A stretch of 37,951 nt of DNA from a virus (IMGVR_UViG_3300036985_007727:1-37951); one strand, 5' to 3'; shown: positions 17,748 to 27,327, numbered from the stretch's first letter. A program made the numbers and translations. Notes: generated by a model from the sequence alone, not told the origin.

Positions 17748-18791
17748 ATGACAAAATATTATAGTGTAAATAAAGAGTATGATGCTGGTGAAGGAGATAT
17801 CGCTATCTATGATCTTGTAAATGTATTAACTGCAAGCGGTTGGACAATTCAAAGTGCGAGTAATGGAACAAACTTTGCTGCGGGTACCACTTATTGGTCA
17901 AGCGCAAGTTGGGGTAACTTAGCATGGGTATCTGTAAGAGAACCATCAGGACCAGGTGGAAGAGAATGGTGTTTCCAAAGAGTAACCTATGATTACAACT
18001 GGAGAGTTAAAGTTTCTCCATATGCAGGATTTAGCGGAGGTTCTCCATCAGCGACACAAGTCCCTTCAGCAACAGATGAAGGAATTATTTGGGGTAGCGG
18101 TGACGACGCCACGCCAACAGGAGCTCAATTATTTTACACAAGTAATAGATTTAAATTTCATGCCATTGCAGAAAGTACGCCAGTTGGTCCTGTTGGTAAC
18201 CAAGCTTATGGGTTTTGGTCATTTCATAATCTTGCTGGGGCCATGGGAGATTATGGATATGGATTTATAGGTCAAGAACCATTGGCAGTGGGGTCATACC
18301 CTGCACTGACAGGTTCTAGAGTAAATACAACAAGCGGAGAAGCTGACCCATGCATCTATGGTTGTTATTATAACGGCAATGCAAACTATGCTTTCGGCTT
18401 TTTTCTACACGGTTTTAATGAAGATGTTAATACAGGAGCAGTTTTTAAATATTTTTATAAATACCAAAATGCATCTGGTTCTGTCGTCAATGCTTATGAT
18501 TTAGGGGGTGTTGGATCTTCAAATTATGGTTGGCCTAGATTTGTTAACGTACATCCTTGTTCTGGAGAAGATGTTAATTTTCCATTTATGGTTGGTAGAT
18601 ATGCTGGTGGTACTTCACAATATTATACCCCTGTTTTTACAAATGTTGGATTAAAAGGAACTTGTAATTTCTTAAAAATAAGAGGAACTAATAGAAGCAC
18701 AGGCGTCCCAGTCAACCTTTCAACGGATGCTTATGTCTACGTTGGTGATCTAGTAATGCCTTGGCCAGAAAATATTGTCCCAGAACTATAA
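17748..18791 (+). CDS. Putative virion / receptor-binding protein, paralogue 1 of 3
   Basis: Shares GGREWCFQR, ATQVP.ATDEG, AESTP.GPVGN, ADPC.YGC and PWP blocks with the next two genes. AAGGA RBS. Confidence 0.65.
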   Translation: MTKYYSVNKEYDAGEGDIAIYDLVNVLTASGWTIQSASNGTNFAAGTTYWSSASWGNLAWVSVREPSGPGGREWCFQRVTYDYNWRVKVSPYAGFSGGSPSATQVPSATDEGIIWGSGDDATPTGAQLFYTSNRFKFHAIAESTPVGPVGNQAYGFWSFHNLAGAMGDYGYGFIGQEPLAVGSYPALTGSRVNTTSGEADPCIYGCYYNGNANYAFGFFLHGFNEDVNTGAVFKYFYKYQNASGSVVNAYDLGGVGSSNYGWPRFVNVHPCSGEDVNFPFMVGRYAGGTSQYYTPVFTNVGLKGTCNFLKIRGTNRSTGVPVNLSTDAYVYVGDLVMPWPENIVPEL

Positions 18792-18800
18792 GGTGCAACT

Positions 18801-19853
18801 ATGACAAAATATTATAGCGTAAACACAACTCCTGCAACTAGTCCTGCCGCAATCGTTTCTCTAGCTGGTGTGTTAACATCAAGTGGATGGTCAATTATCA
18901 GCTCATCAAATGGAACAAATTTTACACTAGGAAATACCTACGTTAATGACACTGATATGGCCAACAATTATTCTTGGTTTACAATCCAAGAACCAATTGG
19001 ACCAGGCGGAAGAGAGTGGTGTTTTCAGCGCATGACTTCAAATACAACATGGAGAGTAAAAATAAGTCCTTATGCTGGTTTCACTGGGTCTGCGACCGCC
19101 ACACAAGTCCCAACAGCCACAGACGAAGGGTTGATTTATGGATATGGAACAGATGCCTCTCCCACAGGTATAGTACTCTTCCCAACAGATAATACATATA
19201 CATTTCATACAATCGCAGAAAGTACGCCTATTGGTCCCGTTGGTAATCAAGTTTATGGTTGGTGGGCTTTTGCTAACCTTATAGGGGATACAAGCTCAAC
19301 AACGGGCAGAACTTTAATTTGTCAAGAACCTTTGGCATCTGGCTCATATGAGCCTCTTGTTGGTACAAGAACAAATACAACAAGTGGCGATGCGGATCCT
19401 TGTGTGTATGGCTGTTTAAATAGCAGTGGAGGCGCTATGTTTTGGAGTCGATATTATCTAACAGGAGATACAGTTTCTGGAACTTCTCAAGATGTAGGAC
19501 TCTACGTATTTAAGCACTTTTACGACTATAAAAGTGCATCGGGGTCATTAACAACAACTCTTGAAGCCATGCAAGGATCCCCAGGCGGTAGCAACGGAAA
19601 TTATCGTTTTGGGTTAAGTACAATGCCAGATGGAGAGGATATATTGCTTCCTTATATTGCTGGCAGACAAGGTGTTGGCAATGGGTTTCCAAAATATGAA
19701 AATATTGGTTATAAAGGAGTCTTAAATTTTCTTCGTTTAAGAGGAACTAATAGAAATCCAGGAGATACAATAAATCTAGCATCAACTGATGCATATGTTT
19801 ATGTATATGACTTATTAATTCCGTGGCCTCAATCGGTAACACCAGTATTCTAA
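18801..19853 (+). CDS. Putative virion / receptor-binding protein, paralogue 2 of 3
   Basis: Same conserved blocks; starts MTKYYSVN like paralogue 1. Confidence 0.65.
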   Translation: MTKYYSVNTTPATSPAAIVSLAGVLTSSGWSIISSSNGTNFTLGNTYVNDTDMANNYSWFTIQEPIGPGGREWCFQRMTSNTTWRVKISPYAGFTGSATATQVPTATDEGLIYGYGTDASPTGIVLFPTDNTYTFHTIAESTPIGPVGNQVYGWWAFANLIGDTSSTTGRTLICQEPLASGSYEPLVGTRTNTTSGDADPCVYGCLNSSGGAMFWSRYYLTGDTVSGTSQDVGLYVFKHFYDYKSASGSLTTTLEAMQGSPGGSNGNYRFGLSTMPDGEDILLPYIAGRQGVGNGFPKYENIGYKGVLNFLRLRGTNRNPGDTINLASTDAYVYVYDLLIPWPQSVTPVF

Positions 19854-19864
19854 AGGATAATAAA

Positions 19865-20935
19865 ATGGCATTATATTACAACGTCAACAATACACCAGCA
19901 ACAGGAGCAGAAGCAATCGCCAACATAGGGTTTGTATTAAGTTCTTCTGGTTGGACAATTATTAGTTCTTCTGATGGATCAAGCTATGGTGCTGGGGAAA
20001 CTTATTTTTCAACTTCAAGTCTTGCTGCGACAAACGCTTGGTATATTGTTCAAGAACCAACAGGTGTTGGCGGAAGAGAATGGTGTTTTCAAAGAACAAA
20101 TGCTAATAATAACTGGCGAATAAAAGTTTCTCCAAACGCAGGATTTAGTGGAGGCACACCATCGGCAACACAAGTTCCTTTAGCAACAGATGAAGGAGTT
20201 ATTTGGGGTTCAGGTACAGATGCTTCACCATCAGGTCAATTGTTATTTTTTGAAGATAGTAGTTTTAAGTTTCATATTGTTGCAGAAAGCACGCCTGTTG
20301 GTCCTGTTGGAAACGAAGTTTATGGCTGGTGGGCTTTTGCAAACGTTGTTGGTTCGTTTCAACCAGTAAACACATATGTTTTCCTGTGTCAAGAACCGCT
20401 AGCTTCTGGCTCGTATCCAGCGTTAGTCGGAACAAGAACATCAACCACAAGCGGTGACGCAGACCCATGTGTGTATGGGTGCAATTCCATAAGATGGTAT
20501 AGTACATACTATAATTTTGTTTTTACAACACAATATTTTTTAAATGGCTACAGTTCAGATGATCAACTTTATTATAATTTCAAATATTTTTATGATTATC
20601 AAAGCAGCGCAGGAACACTGACCTATGGTCAAGAAATTATGGTTGGTGGAAATGGTAACGATTATGGAGTAAGAGGCTTAAGTGCTTCTCCAGACGGCAA
20701 AGATATTGCTCTACCTTATCATATTGGTCGTCAAGGCACAGGAGCAAATTCTTCTTATTTTGCTATAAAAACAACAGAAATAGGTTTTAAAGGTAGACTA
20801 AACTTCTTAAGACTAAAAGGTGCCAATCGTAGTAATGGAGTGACAACAACAATCGTTGGAGGGGCTAGCTCAACATATGTTGTTCTTGGAGATTTGTTAA
20901 TGCCTTGGCCTGATGGCATAGCACCAATATTCTAA
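19865..20935 (+). CDS. Putative virion / receptor-binding protein, paralogue 3 of 3
   Basis: Same blocks. Start reassigned to MALYYNVN (19865), after AAAGGA, which aligns with the paralogue starts. Confidence 0.65.
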   Translation: MALYYNVNNTPATGAEAIANIGFVLSSSGWTIISSSDGSSYGAGETYFSTSSLAATNAWYIVQEPTGVGGREWCFQRTNANNNWRIKVSPNAGFSGGTPSATQVPLATDEGVIWGSGTDASPSGQLLFFEDSSFKFHIVAESTPVGPVGNEVYGWWAFANVVGSFQPVNTYVFLCQEPLASGSYPALVGTRTSTTSGDADPCVYGCNSIRWYSTYYNFVFTTQYFLNGYSSDDQLYYNFKYFYDYQSSAGTLTYGQEIMVGGNGNDYGVRGLSASPDGKDIALPYHIGRQGTGANSSYFAIKTTEIGFKGRLNFLRLKGANRSNGVTTTIVGGASSTYVVLGDLLMPWPDGIAPIF

Positions 20936-20948
20936 AAAGGAAAATAAA

Positions 20949-21182
20949 ATGGCAGATTATACAGGATTTATTTTAGGAACTGATGACGTTGTTGAATTAC
21001 AGCAAGTATCTGGATCGGTTTTATTATCACCAACAAGTAAAATATTATATGCAAATATACGTAACCCAGCAATTCAACAACCAATTTATCGTGGATTAAT
21101 TGGTGGCAACTATGTTTATAATGTCGGCAACCCACCAATTGGTGCAACAGATGTAGTTATCGTTGGCTATAAAGAAATATAA
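20949..21182 (+). CDS. Small hypothetical protein (fibre cluster)
   Basis: ORF with AAAGGA RBS, tightly packed in the operon. Confidence 0.7.
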   Translation: MADYTGFILGTDDVVELQQVSGSVLLSPTSKILYANIRNPAIQQPIYRGLIGGNYVYNVGNPPIGATDVVIVGYKEI

Positions 21183-21191
21183 GGAATAAAC

Positions 21192-21509
21192 ATGAGAACA
21201 GCAGAAGAAATAAGAAAAATTAAGTTATTAAACAATTTACTGCCAATTCAAAACCAAAATCACGCAAGAGCGAGAGCCACTCTTTTTAGAAAAATTATGG
21301 GGTTAGATTTCTTAGAGAATTTTACAACAAATAATCTTCCTCACCAAGATTTTCTTTTAGAAATATCCCCCGCAGATCTTGAATCTCTCACAAATACAAC
21401 TGCATGTCTAGACTTCATTGTTCAAGAAGCACAATTATTTGGCTATACCGCTGAAAAATTAGCAGATAGCCCAGGCATTAGAATTTTTAATCCAATCCCC
21501 TCCCCCTAA
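21192..21509 (+). CDS. Hypothetical protein
   Basis: ORF with AAGGA RBS, last gene of the operon. Confidence 0.7.
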   Translation: MRTAEEIRKIKLLNNLLPIQNQNHARARATLFRKIMGLDFLENFTTNNLPHQDFLLEISPADLESLTNTTACLDFIVQEAQLFGYTAEKLADSPGIRIFNPIPSP

Positions 21510-21520
21510 TCGCCTCGCTG

Positions 21521-24500
21521 TTAGGTTTCAAAAATATTTGCGGCAGTATTAGCTAACTCGCTTCTCTCACCGTTAACAAGGCGGATATGCCCAGCAATAG
21601 ACTCATTTTTAAATTTTTCGCTTGCTATGGTTAATCCATTACTAAACTTGTTAACATATGTGTTATCAATTTGTGCTGGATCTCCCAACAAGATAATCTT
21701 TGTTCCTTCTCCTGCACGGGTTAGCACAGTTTTTATTTCATGCAAGTTCATGTTTTGAACTTCATCAATAATAAAGAAACAATTTGGAATGGAACGTCCA
21801 CGAATAAATGTTGTGGCTTCTATTTGAATGATACCTTTATCAAATAAATCTTGCATCATAAAAGTATCCTTAAACACTTCATTTTTCTTTTTAGATGTAG
21901 TTGCACCCTTTTGGATAGCATCATCAATATTTTCATTTAAAAGAAACTCTAGATTGTCTTTAAATGGAGCAAGCCATGGACCAAGTTTTTCCTCAAGTGT
22001 ATTGTGAGTAATGATAAAATCATTCATAACATACAAGTGAGAATGGTGAGCAACTGATATACATTGCATTTCTACATATTTACCAGTGCGTTCCACAGCA
22101 TCGATTCTACGTCTGCGATTATTTTTTCTTGACTTATATCTATCTACTTTTCTCTTAAGAAGAAATGGAGTAAATTTTGGATTAGTAAATGATACAGATA
22201 TTGTGTATGAATTAAATTTCTTCTCGCTAAAATTTACTTTCGCAAATCCACCAAGAGAAAGAACTAAATCTCTAAAACTATAAGCAAGTTCTTTTGAGAT
22301 TGTTGTTAAGGAAACATCACTTCCATCAGCAGATACATATCCATCTGTATCCATAAGACCTTGTAATAACAACAATCTATCTTCAATTGAAGAAAACATA
22401 TATTCTTCTGGGATAAATTTAGTTAAGGAATTTTTCCCTTTTAAACCCAGTTTGGTCGTTGCCTTCGCAAGTACAGTTTTATCCATCATAAAGGTTGATG
22501 GGTATTCATGGGTTGCCTCGCTATCACTCAAGATTGCACCAAGTACATATGGATGGATTGGTAATTTGCCGCTTGACTTATACTGTACGGGCTCAACAAG
22601 ATCAATAGAAACACGATTATGTGATTTAGATTGATCAGTGCCATTAATTTTAGCTTCTATTTGTTTTGTGCTCCAAACTCTGCTTTTCTTATTTGCGTGC
22701 GGCAAATAAATTGACCAAGGGTGATCTTCACAACATTCTGCTACAGCACCATCTTCAAAAGTAATTTTAAGGATTTCTTTTTTACCTTTTGGATAAACAC
22801 CAGTCACTTTTGTTGCTGTTCCATCTTTAGCAATAACAGATGAACCAACTTTTAATTCTCCCATGGTCGTCCAGCCTGTAGGGGTAAGAACTTTCGTGTA
22901 CAAAGGAACTGGGCCTGGAAGGAACCCAATGTCTTTACCCATAGGTTGAACGTTTCTTGTGATAAGGATTTTGCTGTATTTTTTCTTTGTTAACGTTTGT
23001 TCAAGTGCAGCGGCAAGGCTTAGTAGAGTGTTGTGCGTTACAATATAATTGTCTGTTAAGTATAAATGGGATTGGTCTTCTACAGATATACACTGTGCAT
23101 GTTTAACACCAATAGATTCTACAGAGTCTATATATCTCATTGGTTGATATTTTGTTCTTGGTTTATATCTTGATAGTTTTCTTGAAAGTTTACATGGCAA
23201 AATATCTTGTGGTAACGAGATGTAAACCGCATAAGAAGGAAGCCCAAGTTTTTTAACCCCTTTGTATTTAAAGCTTGTTTGTTTGTTTGAAATTGTTGCT
23301 TTGCCTCCTAGTGACCAAACTAGTTCCTGAACATCTTTTGCGAGTGTGTTCGATGTTGTGTAATAAATAACTGAATGACCCGATTTGCCAATATATCCAT
23401 CTGTATCCATTAATCCATGTAGTAGATTAACCCGTACATCTACAGAGTTATACTTGTAGATTTCTGGGATGAATTTATTTTGTGATTTTGAGTTAATCAA
23501 TCCTAATTCTGTTAGACTAATAGTAACCGCATTACGTAAATCAATTTTTGGATCTAGTTTTTTATGGATAGTCCAACCTTTATATTGTTTTGTTTGCCCT
23601 TTTATTAATCTATAAACTGAAGACATACAAAGATTATTTTCTTCAGCAAATTTTGGGATACTAGTAACAGTTTTTAACTCTCCATCTTTAGACTGTAAAA
23701 TTACTCTATCGAATGATTGATTCTTTTCTAATCTAGATCTTGTATCTTTAATTCCATAATCATACTTACGAAATTTTTTAACAACTTTACAATTAGGTGG
23801 CAAACGTTGATTAACCTGATCTAGTATTTCTTTATCAGAAGTCGAAAAACCAATGATATTGCCTGTTAAACTTCCATCTCCCAAAAGAACACCAAGTAGA
23901 TATGGATCTAATGGAATTTCTTTGCTTTGAAAATTTACTGGTTGAGTCATTGGGATTGAATATATTCTTGCACCATTATCATATAATTTGCCCCTCATTT
24001 CTTTAAGGGGTTTTACAGTACCCGCTGTTTTATCCAATCTTTCTCTTCTTGTTTTTGTTAACCATAAATGGTCATCGCAACATTCTGTTGTGGTTCCATC
24101 AGAAAATTTAACCCGAAATATTTCTTTATTGCCTTGCGGAAACACACCTGTAACCTGAGTTGGGTTTCCGTTAGCTGAAACCACCAAATCACCAACTTTT
24201 ATTTGCCCCATGGTTGTCCAACCATTTGGTGTTAGTATTTTAGCATCCAAAGGCTGCGCTTTACCACAACCCGACTTAGAACTAATTGTTACCAAACTAA
24301 TTTTTTCATCTAGCAATAAATCAAGCAAAAACGCTTGTTCCATATTTCTGCTTTTTAAACCCCATGCTGTGCGTTGAAATGGAACTTTTTTTAATGGTTT
24401 ACCAGGTTCAAGATATCTACCTGCCCATTTAGCATTTGTTTCGGAGCATTCAAAAACAATAAATTGATTTGGATATAATCCTGCCTCCTCTGATTTGGTT

Positions 24501-25114
24501 AGCGTAACTGCATCACCACCAGCATAGATTGCATCCATTTCTTCTTTTGATATTTTAAAGGTTTTAATACCAGTATAAAACTCATCTTCTGATGACGGCA
24601 TATTCATGCTAACAAGGAGTTCTTTGGATAACTTCTTGTAGTCTTCACATTCAATACCAACAGAGATTGCTTTGATTCTTAACAACAAATCTCTTGTTAC
24701 AAGAATTAATCGTTCGCCACTAAATTTCTGCTTAAACTCAAGACAAAATTGAATAATTTTATTATCTCCTTTTGACCCATCTAATTCTGGGATAGAAATA
24801 ACAACATTAGACTCTAAATCCTTCTGATTTAACACCCTTAGTGTTCCCAGATTTTTACCAAGTTTGATCCCAGACTTTACTTCGTTTTTATGATTCCTAA
24901 TAAGCTCAATTAATTTTCTTGACACCTCTCTTGCATTTTTACCAGTATCATCTTGTCTGTCTTTGTGTCTATCCAGTTCTTCTATCACAATCAAGGGTAG
25001 GACAACATCGTTATCTTGAAATGACAGTAGAGAACTTGAATCTGACAATAAGACATTTGTATCTAAAACAAATGTTTTCTTTTGTGCTTTAGACTTTTTT
25101 ACTGTTTTTACCAA
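21521..25114 (-). CDS. phoH: PIN-domain PhoH-family ATPase (PhoH2/YlaK type) with two inteins
   Basis: FVLDTNVLL, IEELD, DNKI and LVTRD (PIN); SGCGK|T Walker A, IGFLPG|T..EK..PW, FIRGRS, IIDEVQN, LTRAGE and GD..QID (PhoH). TTG start after AAAGGA. About 483 aa after splicing. Confidence 0.93.
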   Translation of the reverse strand: MVKTVKKSKAQKKTFVLDTNVLLSDSSSLLSFQDNDVVLPLIVIEELDRHKDRQDDTGKNAREVSRKLIELIRNHKNEVKSGIKLGKNLGTLRVLNQKDLESNVVISIPELDGSKGDNKIIQFCLEFKQKFSGERLILVTRDLLLRIKAISVGIECEDYKKLSKELLVSMNMPSSEDEFYTGIKTFKISKEEMDAIYAGGDAVTLTKSEEAGLYPNQFIVFECSETNAKWAGRYLEPGKPLKKVPFQRTAWGLKSRNMEQAFLLDLLLDEKISLVTISSKSGCGKAQPLDAKILTPNGWTTMGQIKVGDLVVSANGNPTQVTGVFPQGNKEIFRVKFSDGTTTECCDDHLWLTKTRRERLDKTAGTVKPLKEMRGKLYDNGARIYSIPMTQPVNFQSKEIPLDPYLLGVLLGDGSLTGNIIGFSTSDKEILDQVNQRLPPNCKVVKKFRKYDYGIKDTRSRLEKNQSFDRVILQSKDGELKTVTSIPKFAEENNLCMSSVYRLIKGQTKQYKGWTIHKKLDPKIDLRNAVTISLTELGLINSKSQNKFIPEIYKYNSVDVRVNLLHGLMDTDGYIGKSGHSVIYYTTSNTLAKDVQELVWSLGGKATISNKQTSFKYKGVKKLGLPSYAVYISLPQDILPCKLSRKLSRYKPRTKYQPMRYIDSVESIGVKHAQCISVEDQSHLYLTDNYIVTHNTLLSLAAALEQTLTKKKYSKILITRNVQPMGKDIGFLPGPVPLYTKVLTPTGWTTMGELKVGSSVIAKDGTATKVTGVYPKGKKEILKITFEDGAVAECCEDHPWSIYLPHANKKSRVWSTKQIEAKINGTDQSKSHNRVSIDLVEPVQYKSSGKLPIHPYVLGAILSDSEATHEYPSTFMMDKTVLAKATTKLGLKGKNSLTKFIPEEYMFSSIEDRLLLLQGLMDTDGYVSADGSDVSLTTISKELAYSFRDLVLSLGGFAKVNFSEKKFNSYTISVSFTNPKFTPFLLKRKVDRYKSRKNNRRRRIDAVERTGKYVEMQCISVAHHSHLYVMNDFIITHNTLEEKLGPWLAPFKDNLEFLLNENIDDAIQKGATTSKKKNEVFKDTFMMQDLFDKGIIQIEATTFIRGRSIPNCFFIIDEVQNMNLHEIKTVLTRAGEGTKIILLGDPAQIDNTYVNKFSNGLTIASEKFKNESIAGHIRLVNGERSELANTAANIFET
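22001..22912 (-). mobile_element. 304-aa Pro1 intein (class-3 signature) with decayed LAGLIDADG endonuclease
   Basis: FLPG|PVPLYTKVLTPTGW...CCEDHPW...LGAILSDS...LQGLMDTDG...MQCISV...FIITHN|TLEEK. Confidence 0.9.
23030..24259 (-). mobile_element. 410-aa Ala1 intein (class-3 signature) with LAGLIDADG endonuclease, in the PhoH Walker A
   Basis: GK|AQPLDAKILTPNGW...CCDDHLW...LGVLLGDG...LHGLMDTDG...CISV...YIVTHN|TLL. Confidence 0.92.
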
Positions 25115-25165
25115 TTTATTTTCCTTTAAAATGCCCTACAGTGTTTGTGAGCATACATGTTATAA

Positions 25166-25459
25166 TTATTGATTTTTTGGAACGAAGATGAATGATTCTT
25201 TAAGTTCTTTTAGTTCTTGATTTCTTTGTTCTTGTAGTTTTCCTATTGCCCTGTAAAAATAAAGCGAGACTGTTCTAAGGCGTAGAAGTTTTTTTCTTGT
25301 ACGTCTGCCGCCACTTTTTATGCCCTTTTTTATGAATCTATTAAAATCACTATTAATAAATTTCAAAAGGATATCAAATTCCTTTTTTATTTGATAAGGA
25401 TTATCTTTTATTTCTTCAAGATCAACTGGTATATATTTTGGCAGTTTTTTTGCTGGCAT
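25166..25459 (-). CDS. Basic histone H1-like (Hc1-family) protein
   Basis: D..RF..KG.KSGGRRTRKKL..L resembles the Hc1-type KGNKAAG.RARK motif; very Lys/Arg-rich. Confidence 0.6.
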   Translation of the reverse strand: MPAKKLPKYIPVDLEEIKDNPYQIKKEFDILLKFINSDFNRFIKKGIKSGGRRTRKKLLRLRTVSLYFYRAIGKLQEQRNQELKELKESFIFVPKNQ

Positions 25460-25463
25460 ACAC

Positions 25464-25904
25464 TTATTTTTTTAATAGTGTTAGTATAATGTTAGCCAAC
25501 TGAATACCAAATGCGCCAATTATAATCCAAGAAAACTTAGAAAGATTTTGATAGAAACTAACAGAACTTTCTAGTTTTTCTAATTTATTGCCACCAACCA
25601 TTTGTAGTTGTTTTGTAGTTTCATTTAACTCAGCTTGTTTTTCATCTTCTTTTTTATGATCATTAAGTTTTTCTTTTATTGTGTTTAAGCTTATTTCCAT
25701 TTTTGTTATTCTTGGATACAAGCCTTCTTCTGGATCATATATTTTCTCAACTTTGTCATTCATTTTTTTCACATCTACCATGAGGTTTTTAACATCTGTT
25801 GACAACGTGGAAAATCCACCATTTAGTGCTGGAGAATGTTCTATTTTATCTAGCCTATTGTAAAGTTTTACTACAAGAGCTTTTATTTCACTATCATCTG
25901 ACAT
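25464..25904 (-). CDS. Coiled-coil protein with a C-terminal transmembrane helix (possibly lysis or membrane-related)
   Basis: Heptad-rich body, then hydrophobic FSWIIIGAFGIQLANIILTLL followed by KK. Confidence 0.6.
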   Translation of the reverse strand: MSDDSEIKALVVKLYNRLDKIEHSPALNGGFSTLSTDVKNLMVDVKKMNDKVEKIYDPEEGLYPRITKMEISLNTIKEKLNDHKKEDEKQAELNETTKQLQMVGGNKLEKLESSVSFYQNLSKFSWIIIGAFGIQLANIILTLLKK

Positions 25905-25942
25905 TTTAGTTTCCTTTTAAGAAGAGTTATTTGTGTATAACT

Positions 25943-27319
25943 ATGTCGAAAAATTCTCCAAATATCAAGACCTTAGATAAAGATTTCATTGATGATTCAC
26001 TGAGGAATTTAATTGAAGAAAAATATGCTATGCTGCTTTCAAGCGATAATGGTAATAGATTTTTTATTGAAAAGTATAACATGTTTGAAAACTTGCGTAG
26101 CACAAAGTTTTTGTTCCATTACTTGATGGATTACAACAAAGAAAATCAAATGGAGAGATTTGTTTCATATACCCTATTAAAAACATTGGAGCAGTCAGAA
26201 AGGGTTGCCGCTGGATCTTCGTTCTTTACTTTTCTTTTGTTCGTAAATTTCTTTACTATGACAGAACAACAGATTAATGAATTCGTTGAGGAAACAACTA
26301 GGGTTTTATTAAATGAAAGTTCGCCGCCAAACAAAACAGAATTTGAAGAATTTACAAGGAAGTTTTTTGCCGATAGGCCAGAATGGTTTTTAGAGTTGTT
26401 TAAACAATCCACATCAATGAGTGGATTAAAGGGTGCAATTAATCTTAAACCTCAAGCGGCAAATCATCTTACTGTAGAGGTTAAATCTGGATACAGATTC
26501 CCAGTAGACATTCCAAAAATTTATTTTGGCGGTAAACCAAAGATTGAATTAACAGAACCAAGAATTTGTTTTGTGGATGGTATGATAGAAAAACCATCCG
26601 AATTATTCAATATATTAAATGGGGCACACCAAGCTAAAATACCCTTGGTATTGGTTGCCCAAAAATATAGTGATGAAGTGTTAAGCACAATCGCATCCAA
26701 TTTTCAACGAGGTGCAGTTCAGTGTTATCCATTATTGATTGAACCAAGTGTATATACAGTTAACCAAATTATGGACATGGCTGTAGCTTGTGGTTCACAA
26801 GTTGTATCAACCCTTTCTGGTGAATATTTGATTATGAAAAACTTTGATTCCTTATCAACTGTTGATCATATATCAATATCAGAAAAAGAAGTTGTTATCC
26901 TAAACCCCAAAACAAATGGCAGCGTTCAATTGCACATAAAAGGATTATTAGAGAAGAAATCGAATGCCGAGAAGCAATATCGTGCAATTGAGATTAGTGA
27001 CTTTAATAAACTATACGATTCCAGAATTGAAAAGCTTCTAGGTAATATTGTAGAAGTAAAGGTTCCTAATAATTGGCCCGCACAAAAACGTACTGATTTT
27101 ATGTCAGATTTTGATGACTGTCTAAGAAAAATTAAGTCTTATTATAGTCATGGGTTACTTCCAGAATTAGCATACAAAATGATTAAGGGTTTACCAGTTC
27201 AGTCTTGGCTGTTAACAGATCATGAATTATTACTACCATTTTATATTGGAATAAAACATGCAGAAAGCTTGAATAAAACATTTAAATCAGTTAATCATTT
27301 ATTAACATTTGTTTCTTAA
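25943..27319 (+). CDS. Divergent GroEL/Cpn60-like protein
   Basis: Apical-domain-like VEVKSGYRF, IEL.EP.I..VDG.I, PLVLVA..YSDEVLST...N, DMAVACGS.VV and RIEKL.G. No GDGTTT motif. Confidence 0.72.
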   Translation: MSKNSPNIKTLDKDFIDDSLRNLIEEKYAMLLSSDNGNRFFIEKYNMFENLRSTKFLFHYLMDYNKENQMERFVSYTLLKTLEQSERVAAGSSFFTFLLFVNFFTMTEQQINEFVEETTRVLLNESSPPNKTEFEEFTRKFFADRPEWFLELFKQSTSMSGLKGAINLKPQAANHLTVEVKSGYRFPVDIPKIYFGGKPKIELTEPRICFVDGMIEKPSELFNILNGAHQAKIPLVLVAQKYSDEVLSTIASNFQRGAVQCYPLLIEPSVYTVNQIMDMAVACGSQVVSTLSGEYLIMKNFDSLSTVDHISISEKEVVILNPKTNGSVQLHIKGLLEKKSNAEKQYRAIEISDFNKLYDSRIEKLLGNIVEVKVPNNWPAQKRTDFMSDFDDCLRKIKSYYSHGLLPELAYKMIKGLPVQSWLLTDHELLLPFYIGIKHAESLNKTFKSVNHLLTFVS

Positions 27320-27327
27320 TTCAATGC

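Noticed and set aside
17748-20935. Diversity-generating retroelement or invertible shufflon behind the paralogues
   Set aside because: No reverse transcriptase, recombinase, adenine-only-mismatch TR/VR pair or inverted crossover sites seen. Differences include indels throughout.
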